NCBI RefSeq assembly: GCF_009914755.1
Contig: NC_060940.1
DNA: 64,000 nt
Direction: 5' to 3' (one strand)
Source of the DNA: the human T2T-CHM13v2.0 reference genome, Homo sapiens
Shown: positions 28,015-44,862 of the stretch, in pieces
Layout of the letters: each line of letters opens with the position of its first letter
Position numbering within the stretch: position 1 is the stretch's first letter
The notes under the pieces: generated by a model
Seen by the model: only the letters and a program-made list of their open reading frames with translations
The model's database searches: none
What the model was told of the DNA's origin: nothing
Position numbers and translations under genes: made by a program

Positions 28015-28400
28015 ATTCCAATGAAATCATACACTATGTACTGTTGGGATCTGGCCTCTATCACTTGGCATAATGTTTCTGAGATTCATCCATGTCGTTG
28101 CATTTATCAGCAGTTCATTTCTTTTCATTGCTGTGTGTATTCTGTTGTCTGAATATACCACCTTAAATTTCTTCTCCTGTTGGTGGAGACTTGGTTAGTT
28201 TCCAACTTGAAGCTATTATGAATAAAGCTAGGAAGAACATTTGTATCCATGTCTGTATAGACACGTTTTCATTTCTCTTGGGTAAATATTTAGGAATGGA
28301 ATTGTTTGATTGTAGGGCAGGTGAATGTTTTGTTTACAAAAGAAAACTTTCTGACCTTTTTCCAAAGAGTTTACCGTGCAGCGACACATGAGCATTGAAT
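28015..28400 (-). mobile_element. L1ME/MC fragment
   Basis: gagattcatccatgt, ctcttgggtaaata..taggaatggaatt. Confidence 0.7.
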
Positions 28401-28696
28401 GTCTGTTATGACATGTATCTTAGGATGAGGCTACAAATCAAAATGGCTGAGATCCTTTCAAGTCCGGGGTTCTGTGCTTCTCTGGTAATGCCGGTGTTAA
28501 GTGTTTTCTAACGCAAAATTCCCCAGGTAATTAGGTATGCAGAAGGTGCCGAGTCAGCAAATCCCCCCCCTTTCCCAGAACTTCTGCAAAGATGAGGAAT
28601 AAGAGGCAAATGCACTCACTGCAATGTTATATTAATACATTTAGTTCACACAGTTTGGGAAGTGAGCGTGAAGCTGCTAAGTTCCTGGTTGATGCT

Positions 28697-29050
28697 TGCT
28701 ATGCTTTGCCTTTGTCCCCACCAAAATCTCATCTTGAATTGTAGCTCCCATAATTCCCACATGCCGTGGGAGGGACCCTGTGGGAGGTAATTGAGTCATG
28801 GGGTCAGGTCTTTCCCATGTTTTTTCTCCTGATGGTGAATAAGTCTCATGAGATCTTTCGGTTTTATAAAGGGGAATCTCCCTACACAAGCTCTCTGTTG
28901 CCTGCCGCCATGTAAGACATTCCTTGCTCTTCCACCATGATTGTAAGGCCTCCCCAGCGATGTAGAACTGAGTCCATTATATCTCTTTCCTTTATAAATT
29001 ACCCAGTCTTGGGTATGTCTTTATTAGCAGCGTGAGAACAGACTAATGTA
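28697..29050 (+). mobile_element. THE1B solo LTR
   Basis: gaattgtagctcccataattcccac consensus; TSD atgct/atgcc. Confidence 0.88.
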
Positions 29051-29289
29051 ATGCCCGTCAGCTTTAGCTAACCTGTTAGACTATGGGAGGGGCCATGAGG
29101 AAGCACACCAGTAATATATAATCCATAGGAAAGCCTTCGTGGTACAACCACCCCACCTGTGCCTTTGCTGAAGACCTTTAGAGAGAGGAAGCCAGCCTTG
29201 AGTCCAGGACAAAGATCAGGATGCAGTGGCCCCCAGATTCCTGGTAGTTTGGAAATAACCAAAAACAACCCTAACAGCCACAAATTAAA

Positions 29290-29960
29290 ATAGGGGACAT
29301 GGTTCCCATCATGGAGGACAGGCAAGGCTGAAGGAGGAACTCAGACGACACCGTCAGGCTTCCTGCCAGCTTGCTTTCCTCCTGTTGGCTGTGTTTCTAA
29401 GCAGACTTCCTCTGGTGATCCAAGTTTGCATCCTCAGGTTTGGCAAGCTCTGTGCAAAGGGAGCATCTCTATAATAATATTCCAACTAATAGTATTCCAG
29501 TTGGGTCTCATTGGCCTGGCCTGGGTCACATGCCCATCCTTGAGCCAATCAGGGCCAGGAAGATGGAGTAGGCTGATTGGCTGGGCCTGTGTCATGTGAC
29601 CCCCTTTTGTACTAGTGGCACAAAAATTTCACGTGCTGAGAGTAGGAGGATCCCCTGAGACCAGGAGTTCAAGACCAGCCTGGGCAACATAGCAAGACCC
29701 CTTCTCTACCAAAAAAAAAATGTTTTTTTAATTAGCTGGGCATGGTGGCAGCACCCTGTAGTCTCAGCTACTCAGGAGGCTGAGACCAGAGGATTGCTTA
29801 AGCCGAGGAGGTCAAAACTGCAGTGAGCCATGACTGTGTCACTGCGCTCCAGCTTGGGCAACAGAGCCAGACCCTGTCTAAAAAAAAGAAGAAGAGAATT
29901 CCATGTGCTGAGAGTAAAAGGGAGGATGATTACACCAAATCAACGTGCTGGTAGTGGGGT
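29290..29960 (-). mobile_element. Old MLT1 (J/K-type) remnant, interrupted by an Alu
   Basis: attggcctggcctgggtcacatgcccatcc.tgagccaatca motif. Confidence 0.55.
29645..29896 (+). mobile_element. 5'-truncated AluJ
   Basis: About 20-bp TSD aattt/cca(c/t)gtgctgagagta (29625-29644, 29897-29916). Confidence 0.9.
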
Positions 29961-30510
29961 GAAGGAGTGAGCTGGGCCAGCAGAGCCTCCTACGTCTGCC
30001 ACATCCTTTTGTCAGCCCACCTGATCCTATGCCGGGAGATATTAGATAATGAGGGTTAAAGCTGTTGTGATTAGCAAGACCTTAGAAAGGTAAACACTCA
30101 GGACATGAAGACAAAGCTGCCTCCATTTTTTTCAGTAGTATGTAAAATCAGGCAATACTCTGTCCGGTACTTTATAAAAGTTTACTAAATAGGATTATAA
30201 ATATACAGAAGTCTCTTTTGAGATTAGTGAAAGACAAAAGAGACATATGTCATTGGGGAAATACTTCTTCTTTCCACTGCAGTAAAAAATGGGTAAAATA
30301 ATATAGAATGAAATGCAAATACCAAAATGCATTTCTTTGTCAGCATTGTCATTAGAAAAGGCATAGAAAACATGGAACATTTGAAGAAAGTAGGATTAAA
30401 ATAAATTATGCTGTGTGGAAGGTTTTTTATACAACTGGGTGAGAATACATATTTTTTTTCTTTCAAAAAAAACATGTCACAGCTAATGGTATTTGCAAGA
30501 TTTTGTTTCA

Positions 30511-31065
<555 letters not shown>

Positions 31066-31298
31066 TCAATAGATGGTATTAGGAAAACTGAGGCAAGATT
31101 CCTGTGTAACATTTTACAGAAAAGTGGCCTCCAGTGAATTAAGAGTTAAACACGAAAGGTGGAACTATAAAGCCAATAGAAGAAACTTAGGAAAATGTCT
31201 TTCTGAGCAAAAACAGAGGAAGAAATTATCAAAAAACATTTTGAAGCATAAAGCATAAGGCAAAAACAATCAATGAATTTGACTACATCAAAATTAAG

Positions 31299-33514
31299 GC
31301 TTATCAGCTTAATGTGTTTTGGGGCTGAGACGTTGGGATTTTCTAAATATAGAATCCTGTCATCTGCAAACAGTGACAATTTTACTTCCTCTCTTCCTAT
31401 TTAAATACCCATTATTTCTTTCTCTTGCCTGATTGCCCTGGCCAGAACTTCTAATACTATGTTGAATAGGAGTAGTGAGAGAGGGCATCCTTGTCTTGTG
31501 CCAGTTTTCAAAGGGAATGCTTCCAGCTTTTGCCCATTCAGTATGATATTGGCTATAGGTTTTTCATAAATAGCTCTTACTATTTTGAGATATGTTCCAT
31601 CAGTACCTAGTTTATTGAGAGTTTTTAACAAGAAGGGATGTCGAATTTTATTGAAGGACTGTTCTGCATCTGAGATAATCATGTGGTTTTTGTCGTTGGT
31701 TCTGTTTATGTGATGGATTATGTTTATTGATTTGCGTATGTTGAACCAGCCTTGCATCCCAGGGATGAAGCTGACTTGATCGCGGTGGATAAGCTTTTTG
31801 ATGTGCTGCTGGATTCGGGTTGCCAGTATTTTACTGAGGATTTTCACCTCGATAACTCATCAGGGATATTGGCCTGAAGTTTTCTTTTTTTGTTGTGTCT
31901 CTGCCAGGTTTTGGTGTGATGCTGGCCTCATGAAATGACTTATAGAGGAGTCCCTCCTTTTCAATTCTTTGGAATATTTTCAGAAGGAATGATACCAGCT
32001 CCTCTTTTACCTCTGGTAGAATTTGGCTGTGAATCTGTCTGGTCCTGGGCTTTTTTTTGGTTGCTAGGCTATTGTTGCCTCAATTTCAGAACTTGTTATT
32101 GGTCTATTCGGGGATTTGACTTCTTCCTGGTTTAGTCTTGGGAAGGTGTCCAGGAATTTATTCATTTCTTCCAGATTTTCTAGTTTATTTACATAGAGGT
32201 TTTTTATAGTATTCTCTGATGGTAGTTTGTGTTTCTGTGGAGTCAGTGGTGATATCCCCTTTATCGTGTTTTATTGTGTCTATTTGATTCTTCTTTCTTT
32301 TCTTCTTTATTAGTCTATCTAGCGGTCTATCTATTTTGTTAGTTTTTTCAAAAAACCAGTTCTTGGATACATATTTTTTGGAGGGTTTTTTGTGTCTCTA
32401 TCTCCTCCGGTTCTGCTCTGATCTTAGTTATTTCTTGTTTTCTGCTAGCTTTTGGATTTGTTTGCTCTTGCTTTTCTAGCTCCTTTAATTTTGATGTTAG
32501 GGTGTCGGTTTGAGGCCTTTCTAGCTTTCTGATGTGGGCATTTAGTGCTATAAATTTCCCTCTTAACACTGCTTTAGCTGCGTGTCCCAGAGATTCTGGT
32601 ACATTGTCTTTTTTCTCACTAGTTTCAAGGAACTTCTTGATTTCTGCCTTTATTTCGTTATTTACCCGGGAGTCATTCAGGAGCAGGTTGTTCAATTTCC
32701 ATGTAGTTATATGGTTTTGAGTGAGTTTCTTTATCCTGAGTTCTAATTTAACTGCACTGTGGTCTGATAGACTGTTATGATTTCAGTTCTTTTGCATTTG
32801 CTGAGGAGTGTTTTACTTCCAATTATGTGGCTGATTTTAGAATAAATGCCATGTGGTGTATATTCTGTTGATTTGGGGTAGAGAGTTCTGTAGACATCTA
32901 TTAGGTCCACTTGATCCAGAGCTGAGTTCAGGTCCCGAATATTCTTGTTAACTTTTCATCTCGTTGATCTGTCTAATATTGACAGTGGGGTGTTAACGTC
33001 TCGCACTATTATTGTGTGGGAGTCTAAGTCTCTTCATAGGTCTCTAAGAACTTGTTTTATGGATATGGTTGTTCCTATATTGGGAGCATATATATTTAGA
33101 GTAGTTAGCTCTTCTTGTTGCATTGATCCCCTTACCATTATGTAATGCCCTTTTTTGTCTTTTTTGATCTTTGTTGGTTTAAAGTCTTTTATCAGAGACT
33201 AGGATTGCAACCCCTGCTATTTTTGCTTTCCATTTGCTTGGTAAATTTTCCTCCATCCCTTTATTTTGAGCCCATGTGTGTCTTTGCATATGAGATGGGT
33301 CTCCTGGATCTAGCACACCAATGGGTCTCATCTCTTTATCCAATTTGCCAGCCTGTGTCTTTTAATTGGAGCACTTAGCCCATTTACATTTAAGGTTAAT
33401 ATTGTTATGTGTGAATTTGATCCTGTCATCATAATGCTAGCTAATTATTTTGTATACTAGATGATGCAATTTCTTCACAGTGTCATTAGTCTTTATATTT
33501 TTGTGTGTTTTTGC
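31299..33514 (-). mobile_element. Inverted 5' segment of an L1PA7/8-like element (end of ORF1 region, ORF2 EN to start of RT)
   Basis: Minus-strand ORF fragments match L1 ORF2p (e.g. [20 protein letters not shown]..., [15 protein letters not shown]); ORF2 ATG (MTGS) at 33429. Confidence 0.95.
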
Positions 33515-33516
33515 TG

Positions 33517-35726
<2,210 letters not shown>

Positions 35727-35904
35727 GTAAAATAAAAAGTAAAATAAGCAATACCTGCCTAATAAAATAATTAAAGCTTTTGTGAAAATACAGGACACCC
35801 TGAATAAAGTTAATAAAAAGGGGACAGAAATTGGGAGAAGACATTGTAAAAAGTCTAAAATGGACAAGACTTTAGTACCTAGTCCAGCACTTTTCATGAG
35901 AAGT

Positions 35905-35992
35905 AAAACGTGAGCCGCTTACGTAATTTTAAATTTTCCAATAGCCATATTCTAAAATGTGGTTAGTAGCCACCATACTGAACAGCACAGTT
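35905..35992. mobile_element. MER3-like hAT fragment
   Basis: gtaattttaaattttc.aatagcca...atgtggttagtagccaccatactg.acagcacag. Confidence 0.6.
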
Positions 35993-36402
35993 GTAGAATG
36001 ATTTACAAGACTACTGCAAGTCAATAAGTAAAAGAGGACAATCCCAACAGGAAAACGGACAAAGACTTCAATCAGGCAACTTATTAAAAGAGAAAACCCA
36101 AAGGGCTCACAAGCATCTGAAAAGATGCTCAAACTCATTAGTAATCATGAAAATTAACATTGAAACAATGAGATAAGCACTTGACACCTATTAGACTGAC
36201 AAAAATAAGAAATCGGCCAACTGTTGGCAGGGATGTGGATGCTTGGGGGTCCTCATGCATTGCGTATGTGGGTACAGAATGGCATAAACATAATATTTCA
36301 TGGGAGGAGAAGACTAGCATTTAGTCAAATAAAAGAAGCCACACATACTCCAGGTCCCTGCAATGCTGCTCTTGGGTCTATATTTCAAAAAGGTACCCAG
36401 AT

Positions 36403-36542
36403 TTTTGTTTGAGCTTTATTGAGGTATCGTTGAGAAATAAAAATTACATGTACTTAAGATTTACAACTTGATGTTTTAATATACATATACATTGTGAAAT
36501 GATCACCAACACAAAGCTAATTAACTTTTCTTTCACCTCACG

Positions 36543-36587
<45 letters not shown>

Positions 36588-39500
36588 GAGAACACTTAAG
36601 GTCTACCCTCTTAGCAAATTTTAAGTATACAACAGAATATTGTTAACTATCATTACCATGCTGTACGTTAGAGCTCCAGAACTTACACATCTTGCACAAC
36701 TGAAACTTTGTACCCTTCGACCAACACCTCCCCATTTGCCCCACCCAGCCCCTAGCAACCACCGTACCACCGTTGTACTCTCTGCTTCTATAAGTTCAAC
36801 TGTTTTAGATTCCACATGTAAGTGAGATCATGCAGTACTTGTATTTCTGTGTCTGGCTTATTTCACTAAGCACAATGTCTTCCTTCATCTGTGTTGTTGA
36901 GAATGCCAGGATTTCCTTCTTTTTCTGGCTGAATAATATTCCATTTTATATATACCACAATTTCTTTATCCATTCATCCACTAGTGAACATAGGTTATTT
37001 CCATATCCTGGCTATAGTGAATAGTACTGCAATGGACTTAGGAGAACAGACCTCTCTTTAACATACTGGTTTTATGTGCTTTGAATATATACCCAGAAGT
37101 GGGATTGTGGAATCATATGGTAGTTCTATTTTTAATTTTTTAAAGAACCTCCATACTTTTTTCCGTAATGGTTGTACTATTTTACATTCCCACCAACAAT
37201 GTTCAGGAGTTCCCTTCCCTCTGCATCCTTGCTAACACTTAATTTTTTGGTCTTTTTGATAATAGCCTTTCCATTAGGTGTGTGAGGTGATACCTCATTG
37301 TGATTTTGATTGCTTTTCCCTTATGATTAGTGATGTTGAGCACTTTTTAATTTACCTGATAGCCATTTATATGTCTTCTTTTAAGAAATGTCTTTTTTAG
37401 TCCTTTGCCCATTTTCTAATCAGACTATTTGTCTTTTTTGCTATTTAGTTGTATTAGTTCCTTATATATTTTCAGTACTAACCCCTTATGAGATACTGGC
37501 TGGAAAATATTTTCTCGCATTTTGTAGATTGGCTTTTTACTTTGTTGATTCTTTCCTTTGCTGTTCAGAAGCTTTTTAGTTTGATGCAGTCCTACTCGTT
37601 TATTTTTGCTTTTGCTGCCTATTTTTCAGTGTCATATCCAAAAAATCACTGCCAAGACCAATGTCAAGGAGATGTTTCCCTATGTTTTCTTCTAATAGTT
37701 TTACAATTTCAAGTCTTATATTTATGTCTTTAATCCATTTTGAGTTGATTTTTTTTTTTTCTTTTTGAGGTGGAGTCTCGCTCTGTCACCCAGGCTGGAG
37801 TGCAGTGGCACGATCTCGGCTCACTGCTTGCTCCGCCTCCCAAGTTCATGCCATTCTCCTGCCTCAGCCTCCCGGAGTAGCTGGGACTACAGGCTCCCGC
37901 CACCACGCCCGGCTAACTTTTTGTATTTTTACCATGTTAGCCAGGATGGTCTCGATCTCCTGACCTCGTGATCCCCCTGCCTCAGCCTCCCAAAGTGCTG
38001 GGATTACAGGCATGAGCCACTGCGCCCAGCTTTGAGTTGATTTTTTATGTGATGTGAGATAAGGATCCAATTGTATTCTTCTGCATGTTGATATACTGTT
38101 TTCCCAGCACCATTTGTTGAAGAGACTATCTTTTTCCCATTGTATGTTCTTGGTACTCTTGTCTAAGATCAGTTGACCATACATGCATGGATTTATTTGT
38201 CCCCTCTAGTCTGTTCCACTGATCTGTCTGTTTGTACGCTAATACCATACTGTTTTGATTACTGTAGCTTTGAAAATGAAAAAGTAGGATTCCTCCTGCT
38301 TTGCTTGTCTTACTCAAAATTGCTTTGGCTATTCATGATCTTTTGTTGTTCCATTTGAATTTTAGGATTTTTCTGTTTTTCTGAAGAATGCCATTGGGAT
38401 TTTGACAGGGATTACACTGAATCTGTAGATCTCTTTGGGTAGTATGGACATTTTAACAATATTAAGTCTTCCACTCCATGACATAGGATGTCTTTCCACT
38501 TATCTGTGTCTTTAAATTTCCTTCATCAATGTTATATAATTTTCATTGTACAAGACTTTTACCTCTTTGGTTAAGTTTATTCATAGATACTTAATTTTTT
38601 TGTTGTTGCTATTATAAATGAGATTGTTTTCTAAATTAGTTCTTTTGGATAGTTTGTTGTTTGTGTATAGAAACATCACTGATTGTTATACATTGATTTT
38701 GTATGCTGTAACTTTATTGAGTTGTTCATTAGTCTTGACAGTTTTTTGTTAGGTAACATAATCATGTCATCTTCAAATAGAGGTAATTTTACTTATTTCT
38801 TTCCAATTTGCGTGACTTTTCTTTTTCTTATCTAATTGCTCTAGATAGGACTTGAGTACCTGATTGAACAGAGTGGCAAGAGTGGGCATCCTTGCCTTCT
38901 ACCAGATCTTAGAGGAAAAGCTTTCAATTTTTCTCCGTTGATTATGATGTTAGCTGTGGACTTTTCGTATATGGCCTTCATTGCGGAAAGGTTAAGTTTC
39001 TCCTATACCTATTTTGTTGAGAGTTTTCGTCATGAATGGATACTGAATGTTGTCAAGTATGTTTTCCGTATCTGTTGCAAAGATTATGTGTGTTTCATCT
39101 TTCATTCTGTTGATGTGGTATGTCACATTGATTGATTTGTGTATGCTTAATCATCATTGTATCCCAGAGATAAATTCTACCCAGTACCCAGTCATGGTGT
39201 ATAATCCTTTTAATGTGCTGTTGAATTCAGTTTGCTAGTATTTTATTGAGGATTTTTACATCTATATTCATTAGGGATATTGGCCTGTAATTTTCTTCTC
39301 TTGTGATGTATTTGTCTGGCTTTAGTAACAGGCTGATGCTGGCCTTATAAAATGACTTTGGAAGTGTTCCCCTTCTACTTTTTTGGAAGAGTTTGAGAAG
39401 GATTGGTATTAATTCTCCATTGAATGTTTGGTAGAATTTATCCATGAAGCCATCTGGTCCTGTGCTTTTCTTTGTTGAGAGGTTTCTTGTTAGTGAATTT

Positions 39501-40395
39501 ATTTGCTACTTGCTATTGGTCTGTTCAGATTTTCTGTTTCTTCTTAATTCAATTTTCATAAGTTTGGTATGTTTTGTATGTTTCCAGGAATGTATATATT
39601 TCTTCTAGGTTACCCAATTTGTTGGCATATAATTGTTCATAATCGTCCTTTATGATCCTTTTAATTTCTGAGGTGTGCATTGTGATGTTTCCTCTTCTAT
39701 TTATGATCTTATTTATTCAAATTTTCTCTTTTTTCTTTAGTCTAGCTAAGGATTTGTCAATTTTATCCTTTAAAAAACCAACTTTTAGTCTTGTTCATTT
39801 TTTCCTATTGTTTTTCTATTCTGTATTTGATTTATTGCTGCTCTAATATTTATTTCCTCGTTTATGTTAACTTTGGGCTTAATTTGTTCTTTTTCCTTAG
39901 AGTATAAAGTTAGGTTGTTTATTTGAGGTGTTTCTTCTTTTTTAATATAGGCATTTATCACTGTAATTGTCTCTCTTAGTACTTCCTTTGCTGCATCTCA
40001 TAAGTTTTGGCATATTATGCTTTCATTTTCATTTGTCTCAAAATACTTTTGAAATTCCTTCGGATCCCTCTTTGACCGAATGACTGTTCAAAAGTGTGTT
40101 GTCTAGTTTCCATATATATGTGATTCTCATTTTCCTACTGTTATTGACTTCTAGATTCATTTCATTGTAGTTGGAAAAGATAATTGGTATAATTTCAATC
40201 TTCCTCAGTCTGTTAAGACTCATTTTGTGACCTAACATGTGATCCATCCTGGAAAACATTCTGTGTGCACCTGAAAATAATCTGTATTCTTCTATCATTG
40301 GGTGGAACATGCTGTATATGTCTGTTGGCCCATTTGGTCCATAGTGTTGCTCAAGTCAGCTGTTTCTTTATAGATTTTCACTCTGGATATTCTGT
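36403..40395 (-). mobile_element. L1MA (L1MA9-like), about 4 kb 3' part, with (TG)n at 36545-36586
   Basis: Antisense 3'UTR and ORF2 fragments ([47 protein letters not shown]). Confidence 0.9.
37749..38030 (-). mobile_element. AluY-like
   Basis: ttagccaggatggtctcgatctcctgacctcgtg; TSD tttgagttgatttttt. Confidence 0.93.
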
Positions 40396-40558
40396 GTACC
40401 TGTGCAGGTGTACAAAAGGACAGATACAAGGATGTCCAGTGTACTATTTTTTGTGTGGTGGCAAGTTGTCAGAAGCAAGCTGTAGGTCTATCCTTAGGAG
40501 AAAAAGAAGTAAAACATGGGGTTGTACATCATGGCAGGGAGTTAGAAGGACCAGGCTA

Positions 40559-40911
<353 letters not shown>

Positions 40912-41239
40912 CCAGAAGCACAGTGAAAAATGTAGTGAGATATAATACTCCTCACGTATATAAACTATACATCACACAAAACAACAATATTTATTTTAAA
41001 AGAACACATTTTTTAAAACCCACGTTACATACATTAGAAGAGTTACCTGCTGCACTAGAGAAATAAGAATGACCTATGAGGATAAAAGGGAGTCATTCTT
41101 TTTGAATGACAGACCTTGGGTAGACCAATGATGATGATGTGTAATGAAGTGAGGAATATATTTAACCCAACCATCTCTACACAAGGTCAAAGAAGGAGGA
41201 GGAGGAGGAATAAGAGGGGGAAAGGAAGAGGAAGGAAAG

Positions 41240-42644
41240 GAAGCTGGTAAAGTGAAAAGTACGCCACTCATGAGTGCTACTGGATATCATTGATGCCATC
41301 ACCTTGTGAAATCCAGAGCTCATCGTGAGATGGGAAGAAACCTCACAGGCACGTTGAATACCCACCTTCTGGCAAAGACTATGGAAGAGTTTGTGAACTT
41401 AAAAAAGTTACAGTTTTTTAAAGACAAATGACAAGCATTCCAATTGCTGACCTGTTCTGGAATGACAAGGAGCTCTGAGGAATATATAACCCAGAAGATA
41501 CTATAATTTCAAAAGAATAAACGTAGCAATCCATACCATAAAGATTCCATTTTTTATACAAACAAGAAAGTAATTGCTTTTCTAAAGAAACTCTTGCTAT
41601 GGAGAGAACATTTTTGAAAAGGTTTTTATTATCTTATCACCTTTTTACCCCCCAAAAAACATTTAAATGTATCATTTATAAAAGTGCTCAAAGCTGCATG
41701 CCTAAAATCTTGGAAATGAGCTATTCTAACCATTTACAATATCTTTCAAGTAAACAGTTTTAGTGGGTTTTGAACCCACTTGTTAAAAATATCAAAAGGG
41801 AGCACCTTCCAATTAGTTTGCAAGAACAACATCAAGATTAGGAAACATGGAAATTTACTAGCCAGATGTCAACAAAAATCTGTGCATAATTGGCAGTTGG
41901 GATTGAAAAATGAATATCATTAGCTGCTTCTGCACCAAGCCTCAAGCATTTGTGTGGAATATTTTCCAGTTATGATAGACTTTCAAAGCATGTATTCAAC
42001 TCTATGGAACCTGGCTAGGCACAGTGGCTCACGCCTGTAATCCCAGCACTTTGGGAGGGCAAGGATGACAGATCACTTGAGATCAGGAGTTCGAGACCAG
42101 CCTGGCCATCATGGCAAAACCTCATCTCTACTAAAAATATAAAAGCATTAGGCAGGTGTGGTGGTGCATGCCTGTAATACCAGCTACCCCAGGAGACTGA
42201 GGCTCGAGAGTTGCTTAAACCCAGGAGGCAGAGGTTGCAATGAGCCAAGATGGTGCCACTGCACTCCAGCTTGGGCAACAGAGCAAGACTCCTTCTCAAA
42301 AAACAAACTATGGAACTTTAGAGTCAGTTCCTTAAATTATAGTCTCAAAAAATGTTAAAGAGTTTAAAATATAATGAAACAAGTTCAATTCTTCACTCTG
42401 ATTAAATATTTATTAACACTATTTATTGCAAATAATTTTAGTGATAACCACAAGGATTTTATACTGTTAGTACATTAATACATACAAAAATGCATTTCAA
42501 AACATTTGTTGTATCCTCTTTATCCTTTTCAATTTCTGTTTGTGTTTGCTCTATAATATACATGATGAATTTGTGCCATAGAAAATTTTTTGCTAATGAG
42601 TGAAAATGTTTTGCTGAGGGGTACAATCAAAAATGTTTGGAGAC
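41240..42644 (+). mobile_element. Charlie7-like hAT transposase fossil, interrupted by an Alu
   Basis: agtgggttttgaaccca.ttgttaaaaat...ccttccaattagtttgcaagaacaac...tgcataattgg...gattgaaaaatga; terminal aaatgtttggagac. Confidence 0.7.
42013..42308 (+). mobile_element. AluS
   Basis: TSD ctatggaac. Confidence 0.93.
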
Positions 42645-43394
42645 TGTATCAGTTTCCCCTTGCTGCTGTAACAAATTATTATGACCTTTGTATCTTTTTT
42701 TTTTTTTTTGAGAGGGAGTCTCACTCTGTTGCCCAAGTGCTGTGGCGTGATCTCGGCTCACTGCAACCGCTGACTCCCCAGTTCAAGCAATTCTCCTGTC
42801 TCAGCCTCCTGAGTAACTGGAATTACAGGCATGTGCCACCACACCCAGCTAATTTTTGTATTTTTAGTAGAGATGGGGTTTCACCAAGTTGGCCAAGATG
42901 GTCTCAATCTCCTGACCTCGTGATCTGCCCGCCTCGGCCTCCCAAAGTGCTGGGATTACAGGCGTGAGCCCAGCCCCGACCTTTATATCTTAAAACAACA
43001 TAGTGATTATTTCACAGTTCTAGAGGTAGGAAGTCCAACATGGCTCCCAGTGGACTGAAATCGAAGGGTCAGCAGGGTTATACTCCTGGAGGCTCCAGGA
43101 GAGAATCACTTCCTTGCCTTTCCACCCGCAGAAGCCACCGCATTCCTTGGCTCATGACCCCGCATCACTCTAATTTCTACTTACATCATCTCATCTCCTT
43201 CTCTAACTCCTGCCTTCCCCGTACAAGGACTGCTGTGGTGGCCCACCCAGAGAATCCAGGGTCATCTCCCCATCCCAGGTCCTTAAGTCAGTCACATCTG
43301 CAAAGTCCCTTTTTCCATGTCAGGTGTCATATTCACAGATTCTAGGGATTCAGATGTAGACATCGTTAGGAGGGGCATTGTACCGCCTGCTACG
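42645..43394 (-). mobile_element. MLT1C-like LTR, interrupted by an Alu
   Basis: tgtatcagtttcc..gctgctgtaacaaatta...cacatctgcaaagtccc; near-TSD gagac/aagac. Confidence 0.8.
42695..42977 (-). mobile_element. AluSc-like
   Basis: TSD gaccttt(g/a)tatctt. Confidence 0.93.
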
Positions 43395-43679
43395 AAGACC
43401 TTTGGCAGAAAGAGTAAAACAGAGCCAAGGAAGAAAGTCATTGTGATCCTCAGGGTCAGATTCGGTGTGTCAGCTCCCCAGCAGGGCAGCCCCCACAAGC
43501 TCACTCTCCGGGCTGTGCTTCGAGGGGCAACTGGGCCTTATCTTCAGCTAACGCACATGGTATTTCTTTGGTCACATTTCCATCCTTTTGGCTAAAAGCA
43601 GTAGACCTTCTCTTGTGTAGGTGATAGTGTATCAAGATGGTTCTTTCTTTTTCTTTCTACTGAGTCACCTGGACCAAGG

Positions 43680-43865
43680 TCCAGATCTTGATTCAGGCTC
43701 TTGCTACCCTGTATGATCTGGGCAAGTTTCCTACGTCCTCTGATCCTAAGTTACCCTCTGTCTAAAATAGAGACATTAATCTAGGCTTTGCAGTGTGGTT
43801 GAGGATTAGAGGAGATAATGTACAAGTTGCTCACACAAGGAGGCTGCTGAATAAATGTCCGTTTC
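43680..43865 (+). mobile_element. MIR
   Basis: ctgggcaagtt...ctgtctaaaat...tgaggatta. Confidence 0.65.
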
Positions 43866-44097
43866 TTTCCCTCTTCTAGTTAAAATTTCCACCTCTTCAA
43901 GTCTGCATCCAGGGAACAAGCCTCGTCTGTAAAGATGCAGAAACATGAGGGTAAATTGAGTCTAAGAGTGAAGGCTCCTTGCAATAATTTTTCATTTCAT
44001 CTGGGGATTGAGAAATGTACAGCTTCATTCATGGCTTCTTCAAGAGTGCCAAGCCCAACAATGAAAGTGAACCAACGTAGAACAAGAAGCATACTTG

Positions 44098-44434
<337 letters not shown>

Positions 44435-44862
44435 TCAAAATAATTTCCCCCAGACCCCTTACAGACAAAGATTGTATTAATTTAACAATATTGTGCTTTG
44501 ACAAATTCCCAAATTCTTGGAACATAAACACAGTCATCAGCCAGCATTTGTTCTACAGACTGCCTTGATCCTCATCTGAGGTCTCTAAGAGGGATAGGTG
44601 GTGGGAACACCCTTTCACAGGTGGATATCTTCGTCTCAAAAGGAAGCGTCTTCATTTTCCAGTGTTGGAATGTGGGGCTTATTAAATTCGTTTCCTGCTA
44701 AAGATTTTTCCTCTCATGCAGTAACATCCCCCTCTGCTGGAACTTGTGGATTTTGCTCCAAATATTTATTAAGAACTAGTAAAAATTAAATATGGGATGC
44801 ATGTTGCCTCTAAACTGGTGGTTCTTAAACTCTCTTATGTGTAAGAATCTTCCAGGATGCTG

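Noticed and set aside
41240-42644. Domesticated hAT transposase gene
   Set aside because: There is no long ORF; it is a heavily decayed fossil interrupted by an Alu.
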